Assembly (NCBI GenBank): GCA_020845875.1 | Contig: JADLEY010000009.1 | Coordinates: 3,907 to 67,906 of the forward strand | Direction of reading: 5' to 3' | Length of the DNA stretch: 64,000 bases | From: Candidatus Nomurabacteria bacterium | GTDB lineage: Bacteria; Patescibacteriota; Minisyncoccia; Phycocordibacterales; UBA9973 | Shown: positions 30,104 through 40,549 of the stretch, in pieces | Layout: every line of letters begins with the position of its first letter | Position numbering within the stretch: position 1 is the stretch's first letter | Translations under genes and position numbers: made by a program | Notes under the pieces: model-generated | What the model saw: the letters and a program-made list of their open reading frames with translations, nothing else | Databases searched by the model: none | What the model was told of the DNA's origin: nothing

Positions 30104-30865
30104 TTATAGAAGCGAATCAATCACTTGCTTCAGATAGGCAGCGTCTACTGCTCCGGGGATGACTATTTGCTCGCCGGTCTTTTGGTTGACGGCGATACTG
30201 AAGGGAGTACCTTTTGCGCCGATAGCCTGTGCTTCGTCTGCACCCTTCTGGACACGGTCGTCGGTGCTTGCACGAGCAACGCAGGTCTTCATAGATGCTG
30301 TGTTTATGCCTTGCTGGCCGGCAAAGGTAAAGAGGGCTTCGTTGCTCTTCTCATTGGGGCTAAGGGTGACCCCCATGATTTGGTCGAGGTATGGCCAAAA
30401 GGCACTGTTGCCACCGAGCTCGTATGCGCAAGCGAGGGTGAGTGCCTCAGCGCGTGCGTTGGGGTGGAGAGAGTCGAGCGGGAAGTAGCGGTATGCCCAG
30501 GCGACCTTGTCGCCATAATTTGTCATTGTGGTCTGCATTGTCTCATGGAAACGCGCACAAAATGGACAGTCGCTGTCTGAGTATTCAATCACTAGCACAT
30601 CAGCGCTCGGGTTGCCTCTCACAGGGTCTTCTGCACGAAGTTTCGCAACATCAGCTGGGACGCTAGTCGTCTCTTGCCCTTGCGGCGTGGCAGCAGAAGG
30701 AGCTGCAGCAGGAGAATTGCCCTTTGGTCCGAAGGCCACGAGAATTGCCACACCGATAATTGCTGCTGCCGTTACGATGGCTGCAGGCAGTCCGATACTG
30801 GACTTTTTTTCGGAAGAACGCGTCTCTCCCGCTGGCGTTTCAGGGGTCTGTGTTGTGTATTGCAT
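30104..30865 (-). CDS. DsbA/thioredoxin-fold membrane-anchored protein
   Basis: EYSDSDCPFC, FPLDSLHP, GTP cis-Pro motif. Confidence 0.88.
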   Translation of the reverse strand: MQYTTQTPETPAGETRSSEKKSSIGLPAAIVTAAAIIGVAILVAFGPKGNSPAAAPSAATPQGQETTSVPADVAKLRAEDPVRGNPSADVLVIEYSDSDCPFCARFHETMQTTMTNYGDKVAWAYRYFPLDSLHPNARAEALTLACAYELGGNSAFWPYLDQIMGVTLSPNEKSNEALFTFAGQQGINTASMKTCVARASTDDRVQKGADEAQAIGAKGTPFSIAVNQKTGEQIVIPGAVDAAYLKQVIDSLL

Positions 30866-30939
30866 AGCAGAAAGTATACACCCTTCGCCAAGAGGGAAGG
30901 GCTTTCGTAAGAGAGTTTTTTGTGGTATGATGAGCGCCT

Positions 30940-32172
30940 ATGTCGGTTGCGGCGATTATTACCTACACGATTGTCTTTTTGGCCGTCTATGTACAGGTCT
31001 TTTTTTTGGTGACACTGCTTGAGCGAAGGAAGGAGCTTGCTGCCGCTCATCGCAAAGGATATTCACTTTCTACATATCCGTCGGTGGCGATTATCATGCC
31101 ATGTTGGAACGAAGAGAAGACGGTGCACGGTACCGTGGAGTCGCTCCTTGCACTCGATTATCCAAAAGACAAGCTCGAAATCATCATTGTCGACGATGGT
31201 TCGACTGACGGCACCTGGAAAGAAATTCAGCAGTATCAGGGACATTCGCAGATCAAGATTTTTCACAAAGAAAACGGCGGTAAGCACACCGCGGTCAATT
31301 TTGGTATTGCGCAAACGAGTACAGACTTTATCGGTTGTCTTGATGCAGACTCGTTTGTCGCCCCCGATGCCCTCGCGCGTATCATTTCTGTCTTTCAGGA
31401 GAAGCCCGATACGATGGCGGTTGCGCCTGCGGTGATCATTCATCGTCCTACCAATCTTATGCAAAAGGTGCAAAAAGTCGAATACAACATGGGGCTCTAT
31501 CTTAAGAAAATGCAGGCGCTGCTTGGCGCAATCCATGTGACCCCAGGACCATTTTCTATCTTCCGTCGTACTGTATTTGAGAAACTCGGGGGATTTCGCA
31601 AGGCGCACAATACTGAAGATATGGAGATCGCCTACCGCATGCAGGAAGCGCATATGAAGATAGAGCATTGTCACACGGCACAGGTGTATACGGTTGCTCC
31701 CGATACAGTGAAGAAACTCTACAAGCAGCGCACTCGCTGGATTTACGGCTTTATCCAAAATTCTCTAGACTACAAGCATTTGATTTTTCGCAAAGAATAC
31801 GGACACTTTGCACTCTTCACTATTCCTGCGGGCATCATCTCTATCTGTGCGGCGGTGTATCTCTTTTTTGCAGCTCTGTATAACCTTGTCGGATGGATTG
31901 CCGAGAAAATAGTGCAATGGCGCGCGGTCGGAATCAGTGCGCCTCGCGTGTCGCTTGACTGGTTTTATATCAACACGGGTACTATCGTCTTTGTGACAAC
32001 TATCTTGTACGCACTCCTTATCATGGCTATGGTTCTCGGCAGCCGACTTGCCAAACAAAAGTTTTCTTGGCATATTGTCTCGTACATGGTTGTCTACAGC
32101 ATCATTGCACCGTTTTGGCTGCTAAAGGCGATATGGAATAGTCTACGGGCGAAACAGCCAAACTGGAGATAA
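30940..32172 (+). CDS. Processive GT2 glycosyltransferase (cellulose/PNAG synthase-like)
   Basis: VDDGSTD, DAD, TED and QRTRW (D,D,D,QxxRW) motifs plus TM helices. Confidence 0.88.
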   Translation: MSVAAIITYTIVFLAVYVQVFFLVTLLERRKELAAAHRKGYSLSTYPSVAIIMPCWNEEKTVHGTVESLLALDYPKDKLEIIIVDDGSTDGTWKEIQQYQGHSQIKIFHKENGGKHTAVNFGIAQTSTDFIGCLDADSFVAPDALARIISVFQEKPDTMAVAPAVIIHRPTNLMQKVQKVEYNMGLYLKKMQALLGAIHVTPGPFSIFRRTVFEKLGGFRKAHNTEDMEIAYRMQEAHMKIEHCHTAQVYTVAPDTVKKLYKQRTRWIYGFIQNSLDYKHLIFRKEYGHFALFTIPAGIISICAAVYLFFAALYNLVGWIAEKIVQWRAVGISAPRVSLDWFYINTGTIVFVTTILYALLIMAMVLGSRLAKQKFSWHIVSYMVVYSIIAPFWLLKAIWNSLRAKQPNWR

Positions 32173-32181
32173 TACACACGT

Positions 32182-32871
32182 ATGCGACAATGGGGGAAAT
32201 ATCTGATAGTGCTTTTGCTAACTTGCGGAATCTTCGCTATTTCGTGGTATGTGAGCTCGTATTTTAGCGGCAAAAAAATCGCCGAAATCCGCGATATCCA
32301 AAACAAGATTGCCGTCGATATCCTCTCGTCAGAGACACAGTATTCGCTTCTCGAAGAACTCTCCTGCAGCGACATCAATAGCTCGATTATTTCTGATGAG
32401 CTGCTCACGCTTGCAGATCGCATCACCTACAGCGAACAAAATCTCTCCGAGCAGGACGATGTGCTTCTCCTTAAAAAGCAGTACACCATGCTGCAGGTCA
32501 AAGACTTTCTCCTCAAAAAGCGCATCAGCGAACGTTGCAAGACACCGTTTACTGCTATTCTTTACTTCTACGGTACCAAGCAAAATTGCGCCGACTGCGA
32601 ACGGCAGGGCTATGTGCTCGATGCTGCACGGGCAAAGTATCCTGAGCTGCGTATCTATTCATACGACTACAATCTCGACCTCTCGACGATTCGCGCGCTT
32701 CGCTCTATCTACAAAGTAGACGAGCCGCTGCCAGTACTTGTTATCAACAGTAAAACGCAGAGCGGATTTAAGACCCTCGAAGAGATAGAAGCTCTCCTGC
32801 CAAAAGACTTCATCAAACGCTCACAGGCCCAGGCACAAGCTGCCGCAGAGGCAAAGGAAGAAAAGAAATAA
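32182..32871 (+). CDS. Membrane-anchored hypothetical protein with C-terminal thioredoxin-like CxxC domain
   Basis: N-terminal TM, LYFYG..CADC, LPVLVIN. Confidence 0.65.
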   Translation: MRQWGKYLIVLLLTCGIFAISWYVSSYFSGKKIAEIRDIQNKIAVDILSSETQYSLLEELSCSDINSSIISDELLTLADRITYSEQNLSEQDDVLLLKKQYTMLQVKDFLLKKRISERCKTPFTAILYFYGTKQNCADCERQGYVLDAARAKYPELRIYSYDYNLDLSTIRALRSIYKVDEPLPVLVINSKTQSGFKTLEEIEALLPKDFIKRSQAQAQAAAEAKEEKK

Positions 32872-33446
32872 AACTGGAGTATCTTTATGACACTGCTAGA
32901 ACTTACTTTATCAAAAATTCGTGAGAATATCCAATCTCGCACATCCGTGCGCTAAAGCGCCTCTGTGCGAAGCACAGAGCTTTTCCAAAGGAAAAGAACG
33001 GAATGTGCGAATACAAATGCGGACTCGGTTTTGCGAAGCAATTTTGCGGGAGGAGGATTCGCAAAACCGAGACTAATTTTTTGAAAAGTTTTTTGGGCTG
33101 GGCTTCCGCCCCGCAGGAGGGTGCGGGAGGAATGCGGGGCGGGATTTCGGAATTTTTGGCGGGCGGGCATTAAGAATTCAAGATACATCTATTGAAATTT
33201 TGGCAAAGCCAAAATACGAAGTTAGTTTGTGTTTACCCCACCCACCCGTGCGTACACAAGATTGCTCCCTACTATGGATAAAAAAGACAAAAAATGCTAA
33301 AATATTCTCCCTCCTTGGCGAAAAACAGGTGCGCGCAAGCGCGCCCGCATTTCCGAATTCCCCCGCAGAATCAGGGCAAACACAGTGGGACGCGCTTCGC
33401 GCGTCCCACCATTTAGCATCTTCCGAACCATTTTGTTCGTTTAGGG

Positions 33447-33519
33447 AGCCAGAAGTCGGGCTCGAACCGACGACCACCCGTTTACAAAACGGGAGCTCTA
33501 CCAACTGAGCTATTCTGGC
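33447..33519 (-). tRNA. tRNA-Thr(TGT)
   Basis: GCCAGAA/TTCTGGC acceptor stem, CCCGT-TT-TGT-AA-ACGGG anticodon arm, GTTCGAG T-loop. Confidence 0.95.
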
Positions 33520-33546
33520 ATTGGCTACATAGTAGCCGATATTGAA

Positions 33547-33948
33547 CTAAATTTCCACCCCTGTAGTTTCTGAAGTTTTCTTTCTTCGTACCACGCGTTT
33601 TTTTTCTTCGCGCTCTGAAATCGAACGGAGGAAGTATGACGAGGGACCGTGTGAAAATCCTGCAAGCTCGTCTTTTTTGGTAAATGCTTCCTTGGCGTCA
33701 GGGAAGATGGTAAAGAATGCGCGACCCGCTTTTTGCTGTACCCATGATGCCGCTTTTTGCGTCTGTATCTGTGCTTGGTACCAGCCGCGGCGTGCGAGTC
33801 GAGCGCCTTGTTCTGCCGAACGCTGCGCGTCGGCAAGTGTCAGTGGTGTCTCAGGCACCCCTTGATCCTTTTTCCACCACAGGTACATATATGCTACCCA
33901 TGAAAGGAGAGCGAAGGTGATGAGTGCGATGACAAGGAAGGTAATCAT
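33547..33948 (-). CDS. Hypothetical single-TM protein
   Basis: 133-aa ORF co-oriented after tsf; N-terminal TM, basic tail. Confidence 0.7.
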   Translation of the reverse strand: MITFLVIALITFALLSWVAYMYLWWKKDQGVPETPLTLADAQRSAEQGARLARRGWYQAQIQTQKAASWVQQKAGRAFFTIFPDAKEAFTKKDELAGFSHGPSSYFLRSISEREEKKRVVRRKKTSETTGVEI

Positions 33949-33966
33949 GAGGGGGACAGAAGGGGA

Positions 33967-34743
33967 TTAGAGAGAGTAGGTGGCAAACTTTGTGATACTT
34001 GCTCCTGCCTCCTTGGCAAGGGCACCAATGGTCTTGTCGGGGCTCTTGAAGAATGGTTGGTCGAGTAGTGTTTGCTCCTTGAAGTAGCTCGCGATCTTGC
34101 CACCGAGGATTTTTGCTTTCATATCTTCTGGTTTGTCACTCTCATCTACTTCTTTTTTGAAGACTTCCATTGCAGTTGCCTTTGCAGTATCGTCGATATC
34201 ATCTGCAGAGAGAAACTGCGGCTTCATCGCAGCAACATGCATCGCAATATCCTTTGCGAGCTCCGGTGTGCCGCCAGCGAGTGCGACGACTGCTCCAGAC
34301 TTGCCGGTGTGATGCGTGTATGCGCCTACGGTGTCGCCAGTGATTTCTTCGATAATGCCGAGCTGGATGTTTTCACCGATTTTGAGGACGACGTCATTGA
34401 TGAGCGCCGGAGCCTGTTCGCGCGCTGCGTCAGCGCCGTCTTTCCATGCGATATCAAGAAGGGTATTTGCAAGTGTTACAAAATCAGCGTTTTTTGCGAC
34501 AAAGTCTGTCTCGCAGTTGAGGATGAGAGTGAGCGCGCGGCCGCCTTCTGCTTTGGTGAGGACGATGCCGTCAGCAGCAGTACGATCAGACTTCTTCTCA
34601 GCGACTTCTGCGCCCTTCTTGCGAAGGATAATCAGCGCCTTTTCCATGTCGCCGCTGGTCTCCTCAAGCGCCTTGCGGCACTGCATCACAGAGATGCCGG
34701 TCTTGTCTCGCAATTCTTTTACTTGTTCGGTAGTGATAGTCAT
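33967..34743 (-). CDS. tsf: Elongation factor Ts
   Basis: VKELRDKTG..MQCRKAL, NCETDFVAKN. Confidence 0.95.
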   Translation of the reverse strand: MTITTEQVKELRDKTGISVMQCRKALEETSGDMEKALIILRKKGAEVAEKKSDRTAADGIVLTKAEGGRALTLILNCETDFVAKNADFVTLANTLLDIAWKDGADAAREQAPALINDVVLKIGENIQLGIIEEITGDTVGAYTHHTGKSGAVVALAGGTPELAKDIAMHVAAMKPQFLSADDIDDTAKATAMEVFKKEVDESDKPEDMKAKILGGKIASYFKEQTLLDQPFFKSPDKTIGALAKEAGASITKFATYSL

Positions 34744-34897
34744 ATATAACATCGCCTCAAGTTAGTGCCTCTCGGAAACCACGAGATTTTCCTGCTGAAA
34801 AATCTCTCCGTTCGTCGCCAGACGCTCCTACCGAGGGTTTCCTCGTGGCACTAGTTTTTGGCAGCTCTTAGTTTTTAATAGGTACTATGTTCAAAAT

Positions 34898-35566
34898 TTA
34901 TTTCCACGCGGTCTGCAGTATAGCAAGGATTGCGCCAATGCTGGAAGCCGAACCGTCATTGCCGACGATGGGGTAAGTGATGCCGCGAATAGAGCAATCG
35001 GTATTGCCGAGCGCGATGACGGGGATACCCATCTTGCGCGCCTCTTTGACGGCGATGTGCTCCTTTTTGGAGTCGATGACGACAAGGGCATCAGGCATCT
35101 TGGTCATACCTTCGACGCCGCTGAAGTACTTGGAGAGGCGTTCCATTTCGCGAGCAATAAGAAGTTGCTCTTTTTTGGTGTACTTAGTGAGCTCGCCGGA
35201 TGCGCGCTTCTCCTTGAGGTCGGTGAGCTTGCTGATACGCTTCTTGATTTCGGGGAAATTGGTGAGGATACCGCCGATCCAGCGCTCGGTCACAAACGGC
35301 TGGTGGAGTGTTGCGGTGAGGCTCTCGATTGCTGCGCGCGCCTCAGGCTTCACGCCGACAAAGAGCACCGTCTTGCCGCTGGCCGCGAGGCCGGTCAGGA
35401 AGGTCGTTGCCGCCTCGATTTGCTGCATCGTCTTGTCGATATCGATAATGTCCACTCCGCCCTTGGTGCCGTAGACAAAAGGGGAAGTAGATGGGTGTCG
35501 GCGGGTGCGGCTGTAGCCGTAGTGCACGCCAGAGGCCATAAGTGCCTCGTATGAGATGGTTGCCAT
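34898..35566 (-). CDS. rpsB: 30S ribosomal protein S2
   Basis: GVHYG, RWIGGILTNF, AVKEARKMGIPVIA..TDC. Confidence 0.95.
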   Translation of the reverse strand: MATISYEALMASGVHYGYSRTRRHPSTSPFVYGTKGGVDIIDIDKTMQQIEAATTFLTGLAASGKTVLFVGVKPEARAAIESLTATLHQPFVTERWIGGILTNFPEIKKRISKLTDLKEKRASGELTKYTKKEQLLIAREMERLSKYFSGVEGMTKMPDALVVIDSKKEHIAVKEARKMGIPVIALGNTDCSIRGITYPIVGNDGSASSIGAILAILQTAWK

Positions 35567-35746
35567 AACTTTTCTGTGCGAGAGTGGAGCTTTAATCCAC
35601 CCTTACTTATCTGAATAATCGTCCGAAAGGACACCAAAACAATAGCATTTACAGGCACTTTTGGCAAGGAACGATACTTGACAAGTATGTATATACATGA
35701 TATACTGACTCAGTAAAAAGTTCATTCACACTAAAACTAAATAATA

Positions 35747-36124
35747 ATGAAAAAAGTATTTCTTTTTGCGACTTTGTTTGCTTCTACCACTCTTATCTCC
35801 TGCAACTTGTCCTCATCCGGTACTACTACCTGTATTGTGGGTATGTATGGAGCAGAAAACAACTTTGGTATTTCTCAGGACGGTACCATTCATCAAGCTA
35901 TGACGCCAGTTGAAGTAAGAGTGAGAAAGGGGCAGATGCCTGAGTTGTACGAAGGTGAAGATATATGGCTCTACCGTTACAAAAACAGCGGCAGCGAATA
36001 TTCAACATGGATTGTTTCCTTAAATAACCCATTCAAGAAAGATACGGTTGTGATAGAAGAAGTTGTGCCACAATACGACGCGCGAATCGGGGAGTGGAGA
36101 AGGGCAAAGTTGCTAAAGTTATAA
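35747..36124 (+). CDS. Hypothetical lipoprotein (AT-rich)
   Basis: MKK plus hydrophobic stretch plus LISC lipobox; own TTGACA-N17-TATACT promoter (35678-35706) and downstream hairpin. Confidence 0.65.
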   Translation: MKKVFLFATLFASTTLISCNLSSSGTTTCIVGMYGAENNFGISQDGTIHQAMTPVEVRVRKGQMPELYEGEDIWLYRYKNSGSEYSTWIVSLNNPFKKDTVVIEEVVPQYDARIGEWRRAKLLKL

Positions 36125-36202
36125 AACAAAACAGTTATGGAACAAAGTTGGCAAAATGGCCGACTTTTTTTATTACCCAAAATGTGCGATTATACAAGGA
36201 CT

Positions 36203-37450
36203 ATGAGGCAGTCGCAGCTGTTTACCAAAACGCGCAAGGAGGCCCCCTCGGACGAGGTGGCAAAAAACGCGCAGCTCCTGATACGGGCAGGGTATGTATA
36301 TAAAGTGATGGCCGGAGTGTATGCATACACGCCACTCGGACTTCGCGTCCTTGAAAACATCAAACAGATTGTTCGAGAGGAGATGAATGCTATCGGTGGG
36401 CAAGAGCTGATTATGAGCTCGCTTCAGAAAAAGAGTACATGGGAAATGACGGGCCGTTGGGACGATGAAGTAGTAGATGTATGGTTCAAATCACAGCTCA
36501 AGGATGGTACCGAGGTCGGGTTCGGATGGTCGCACGAAGAGGCGATTATTGAGATGCTCCAGCAATATCTGGTGAGCTACAAAGATTTGCCGATCAATGT
36601 GTACCAATTCCAGACGAAGCTCCGCAACGAACTTCGCGCCAAAAGTGGTATTTTGCGCGGGCGCGAGTTTGTGATGAAGGATATGTACTCGTGCAGTCTT
36701 GATGCCACACAGCATGATGCGTTCTATAATGCAACAATTGAAGCCTATAAAAAAATATACAGTCGTCTGGGAATCGGCAACGATACCTATGTGACGTTTG
36801 CCAGTGGTGGTGCGTTTACGAAGTTTAGTCACGAATTCCAGACAATTTGTGATGCAGGAGAAGATGTAGTTTATCTGCACAGAGAAAAAAATATTGCAGT
36901 AAATGAAGAGGTGCTCAATGACGAGCATCTTGAGAGTCTTGGCATCAAACGCGAAGAGCTCGAAAAGGTGACTACTGCAGAGGTGGGCAACATTTTCAAC
37001 TTTGGTACACACAAAAGCGAGCAGATGGACTTTTCGTTTACCAACGAGCATGGCGAAAAGCAATTTGTACACCTCGGCTCATACGGCGTCGGCATCACCC
37101 GCGCTATGGGAGTCATCGTAGAAAAATTTGCCGACGACAAAGGCATCGTGTGGCCGGCAAGCGTGGCGCCGTTTGCGGTGCACCTCTTGTCGCTCGGTGA
37201 GGAGGCAAAGACGGAAGCTGATGCGCTCTATACTGAGCTTAATTCGCGCGGAGTGGAGGTACTCTTTGATGACCGCGCGGAAGTGAGTGCAGGAGAGAAG
37301 TTTGCAGATGCAGACCTTCTCGGTATGCCGCTGCGTGTCGTGGTGTCCAAGCGCAGCCTCGAAGCGGGCGGATACGAAGTCAAAGGTCGGGCAGAAAGTG
37401 AATCGAAGGTAGTCTCAAAAGAAGAGCTCCTTTCTTCTCTGCATGCTTAA
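36203..37450 (+). CDS. proS: Prolyl-tRNA synthetase (short, no editing domain)
   Basis: MRQSQLF, LLIRAGY, RNELRAKSGILRGREFVMKDMYS, GSYGVGITR. Confidence 0.93.
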   Translation: MRQSQLFTKTRKEAPSDEVAKNAQLLIRAGYVYKVMAGVYAYTPLGLRVLENIKQIVREEMNAIGGQELIMSSLQKKSTWEMTGRWDDEVVDVWFKSQLKDGTEVGFGWSHEEAIIEMLQQYLVSYKDLPINVYQFQTKLRNELRAKSGILRGREFVMKDMYSCSLDATQHDAFYNATIEAYKKIYSRLGIGNDTYVTFASGGAFTKFSHEFQTICDAGEDVVYLHREKNIAVNEEVLNDEHLESLGIKREELEKVTTAEVGNIFNFGTHKSEQMDFSFTNEHGEKQFVHLGSYGVGITRAMGVIVEKFADDKGIVWPASVAPFAVHLLSLGEEAKTEADALYTELNSRGVEVLFDDRAEVSAGEKFADADLLGMPLRVVVSKRSLEAGGYEVKGRAESESKVVSKEELLSSLHA

Positions 37451-38486
37451 GATGCTGCACCGCCGCTTTTCCAATGACATCGGTATCGATCTCGGTACTG
37501 CCAACACGCTCGTCTATCTCAAAGGGCACGGCATCATTATCAACGAACCGAGTATTGTCGCCGTCAACCAAAAGACGGGGCAGATCGTCGCTATCGGAAG
37601 CGAGGCGAAGGAGATGTGGGGCAAGACGCCGGAGCACATCACCATCATCCGCCCATTGATCGAGGGCGTGGTGTCTGACTATGAGATTACCGAAGAGATG
37701 CTCGCATACTTCATCAGGAAGGCGGAAAAACTTTCGAAGAAGTTTTTCCGCCCGCGCGTCGTCATCGGCGTTCCGAGCGGCATTACTAATGTCGAGATGC
37801 GCGCCGTCTATGATGCGGCGATAGATGCCGGTGCGCGTGAGGTGTATCTGGTCGAGGAGGCAATGGCGGCGGCTATCGGTGTGCGGTTGCCAGTACTTTC
37901 GTCGCAGGCGTCGTTTATTGTGGATATCGGTGGCGGGACGACCGATATCGCACTCATCGCGCTCGGCGGCATCGTCCGCTCGCTCAACGTGCGCATCGCA
38001 GGAGATCACTTCAATGCGCGCGTTGCAGAATATATGCGTGATGAATTCAAGCTTCTTGTGGGAGAGCAGACTGCAGAGCAGGTCAAGCTCTCGCTAGGCA
38101 GTGCAGTTGAGAGCGAATACATGGAGATAGAAGTGCGTGGGCGTGATCTGACGACAGGGCTCCCGCGGGCACTCATTACTACCGATGGTGATATCCGCGA
38201 AGCGCTCGGCCGTCCGCTGGCACTCTTGCTCGCAGGGATAAAAGAAGTATTGGAGACGGCGCCTCCGGAGATGGTAGCCGACGTACTCAGCAGTGGTGTC
38301 GTACTCACTGGCGGCGGCGCACTCTTGCGAGGGCTTGCTATCTTGCTGCAAGAGGAAATACGCCTGCCGGTATTTATTGCCGAAGACCCGCTCTCGGCGG
38401 TCGCGCGCGGCACTGGCTGCATCCTTGAATCCTTTGATCAATATCAGCAAGTACTGCTCTCGCTTGACGACTATGCCGTATCGTAA
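37443..38486 (+). CDS. mreB: Rod shape-determining protein MreB
   Basis: IGIDLGTANT, VDIGGGTTD, LTGGGALL. Confidence 0.95.
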   Translation: MLKMLHRRFSNDIGIDLGTANTLVYLKGHGIIINEPSIVAVNQKTGQIVAIGSEAKEMWGKTPEHITIIRPLIEGVVSDYEITEEMLAYFIRKAEKLSKKFFRPRVVIGVPSGITNVEMRAVYDAAIDAGAREVYLVEEAMAAAIGVRLPVLSSQASFIVDIGGGTTDIALIALGGIVRSLNVRIAGDHFNARVAEYMRDEFKLLVGEQTAEQVKLSLGSAVESEYMEIEVRGRDLTTGLPRALITTDGDIREALGRPLALLLAGIKEVLETAPPEMVADVLSSGVVLTGGGALLRGLAILLQEEIRLPVFIAEDPLSAVARGTGCILESFDQYQQVLLSLDDYAVS

Positions 38487-39219
38487 TAAACGTCCATCAG
38501 TATCTTTCTTTTCTTTTGTCCTGCGTGCAACGGGTGTTATCCTTGCGGTGCTGGCACTTTTTTTTATACTTCAAAAAGTGGTAGGCAAAGTGCCGCTCCC
38601 TTCGCTTCACTCAGACGATGTACGCTCAGCGCTTTCATCTAAACGCGTACTCATCGCGCACATAGATGAACTCGAAAACACCCTCGCTGGTATGAAGGCA
38701 CTCTCCGACCAGCAATCACTTCTGCAGGAAGAAAACGATGCGCTCAAAGCGGAGCTTGGCCGCGGCCAAGCTCCGCATGGCACTCTCGCTCGTGTCCTCA
38801 CTATGCCGAGCCGAAGTTTCTATGACACTCTGCTCATAGATGCCGGTGAGGCAGAAGGCATCACCGAAGGGCAGAGCGTGTTTGCTTTTGATGCCGTCGC
38901 CATCGGCACCATTTCGTCAGTAGAGACGCATCGTGCCACCGTGCAGCTTTTTAGTGCTCCAGGGAGAGAGACGACTGGCAATGCAGAAGGCAGTGATGTA
39001 GCCATCACACTCATCGGACGCGGCGGCGGAGAATACGAGGTGCGCATGCCGCGCGATTTACCGTTTGCGATTGGCGAGAGCGTCTCGCTCCAGTCGGTAC
39101 ATATGGCGACGCTGGCAACCATTGAAAAGATCATCACTGACCCGCGTGATCCCTTTCAGCGCCTCTTGGCAAAAGTACCAGTCAATCTCAATGCGCTTAA
39201 GTTTGTGGTAGTACGATAG
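38473..39219 (+). CDS. mreC: Rod shape-determining protein MreC
   Basis: TM plus coiled coil (LQEENDALKAELG) plus LLIDAGEAEGI; follows mreB. Confidence 0.85.
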   Translation: MPYRNKRPSVSFFSFVLRATGVILAVLALFFILQKVVGKVPLPSLHSDDVRSALSSKRVLIAHIDELENTLAGMKALSDQQSLLQEENDALKAELGRGQAPHGTLARVLTMPSRSFYDTLLIDAGEAEGITEGQSVFAFDAVAIGTISSVETHRATVQLFSAPGRETTGNAEGSDVAITLIGRGGGEYEVRMPRDLPFAIGESVSLQSVHMATLATIEKIITDPRDPFQRLLAKVPVNLNALKFVVVR

Positions 39220-39220
39220 T

Positions 39221-40399
39221 ATGAAATTTACGATTGAGAAAAAGCTAGACGGCACGCTTGCTCGGGCGGGGGAGATAGAGACGGTGAACGGCATCATCAA
39301 GACGCCGGCGTTTGTGACAGTCGGGACCAAGGCGACAGTCAAGACGCTCACCGCAGAACAGGTACGAGGTCTCGGTGCGCAGGTGGTACTCGCTAACACC
39401 TATCATCTGTATCTCCAGCCAGGAGAAGATATTGTGGCGCAGGCAGGAGGCTTCGGGAAGTTTATGGATTGGCATGGCCCTACGATGACCGACAGCGGCG
39501 GATTCCAGGCGTTTTCGCTCGGGGCTGCATTTGGTGCAAATGTGAGTAAGGTGGCAACAGGTGACGAGGTAGAAGATATATCTGCATATGAAGGGCAGCT
39601 TGCGCACGTCACTGACGAAGGGGTGACATTCAAAAGTCATATCGACGGCTCAAAACATCTCTTCACGCCAGAACGCAGCATGGAGATACAGTGGAAGCTC
39701 GGCGCGGACATGATATTTGCATTTGACGAATGTACCTCGCCGACAGCACCATATGAATATCAGCAGAAGTCACTCGCACGCACATACGAATGGGCGAAGC
39801 GAAGTCTTGATGCGCATGGGAAGCTTGATACTGAGAAGAAGCAAGCACTCTTTGGGGTGATCCAAGGTGGACGATTCAAAGACCTGCGCGAGCAGGCAGC
39901 ACGCGATCTCGGAGTGCTCAATTTCGATGGCTTCGGCATCGGCGGATCATTTACCAAAGCAGACATTGGTACTGCGGTGGGATGGGTAAATGCAGTATTG
40001 CCAGAGGACAAGCCGCGACATCTCCTCGGTATCGGCGAGCCGGCAGACCTCTTTGCAGCAGTAGAGGCTGGGTGCGATCTCTTTGACTGTATCGCGCCCA
40101 CACGCATGGGCAGGCACGGCACACTGCATACTGCAGATGGCAAAATAAATATAAAAAATGCGCGGTTTGTCCAAGACTTTACACCCATAGAGGAGGGTTG
40201 TACCTGTTACACTTGTATGCGCCATACTCGCGCCTACCTCGCACACCTCTTTCGCGCAGACGAGATGACCGCGGGTACACTCGCTTCAATCCACAATCTC
40301 CACTTCATCTTGCGATTGGTCGAAAAAATCCGCAGGAGCATCCTCGATGATACTTTCCACGACTACAAACAGGCATTTCTTGCTCGGTATAAGGCGTAG
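39221..40399 (+). CDS. tgt: tRNA-guanine transglycosylase
   Basis: ANTYHL, TDSGGFQ, FDC..PTR, CTCYTC. Confidence 0.95.
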   Translation: MKFTIEKKLDGTLARAGEIETVNGIIKTPAFVTVGTKATVKTLTAEQVRGLGAQVVLANTYHLYLQPGEDIVAQAGGFGKFMDWHGPTMTDSGGFQAFSLGAAFGANVSKVATGDEVEDISAYEGQLAHVTDEGVTFKSHIDGSKHLFTPERSMEIQWKLGADMIFAFDECTSPTAPYEYQQKSLARTYEWAKRSLDAHGKLDTEKKQALFGVIQGGRFKDLREQAARDLGVLNFDGFGIGGSFTKADIGTAVGWVNAVLPEDKPRHLLGIGEPADLFAAVEAGCDLFDCIAPTRMGRHGTLHTADGKINIKNARFVQDFTPIEEGCTCYTCMRHTRAYLAHLFRADEMTAGTLASIHNLHFILRLVEKIRRSILDDTFHDYKQAFLARYKA

Positions 40400-40414
40400 T
40401 ATACTAGGAAGAGT

Positions 40415-40549
40415 ATGCGATTGAGCAAGACACTCATCTTTTTTCTCATCTTTACACTCGTCGGCGCGCTCTTGGCGTACCGGATTATTGTAAGGAATTA
40501 TGAATCATGGACAGCTGTACGTTATGACCCTTTCGAAGACAAAAAATAA
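40415..40549 (+). CDS. Putative 44-aa single-TM small protein (below ORF-track cut-off)
   Basis: MRLSKTLIFFLIFTLVGALLAYRIIVRNYESWTAVRYDPFEDKK*; TATACT 9 nt upstream of the ATG. Confidence 0.45.
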   Translation: MRLSKTLIFFLIFTLVGALLAYRIIVRNYESWTAVRYDPFEDKK

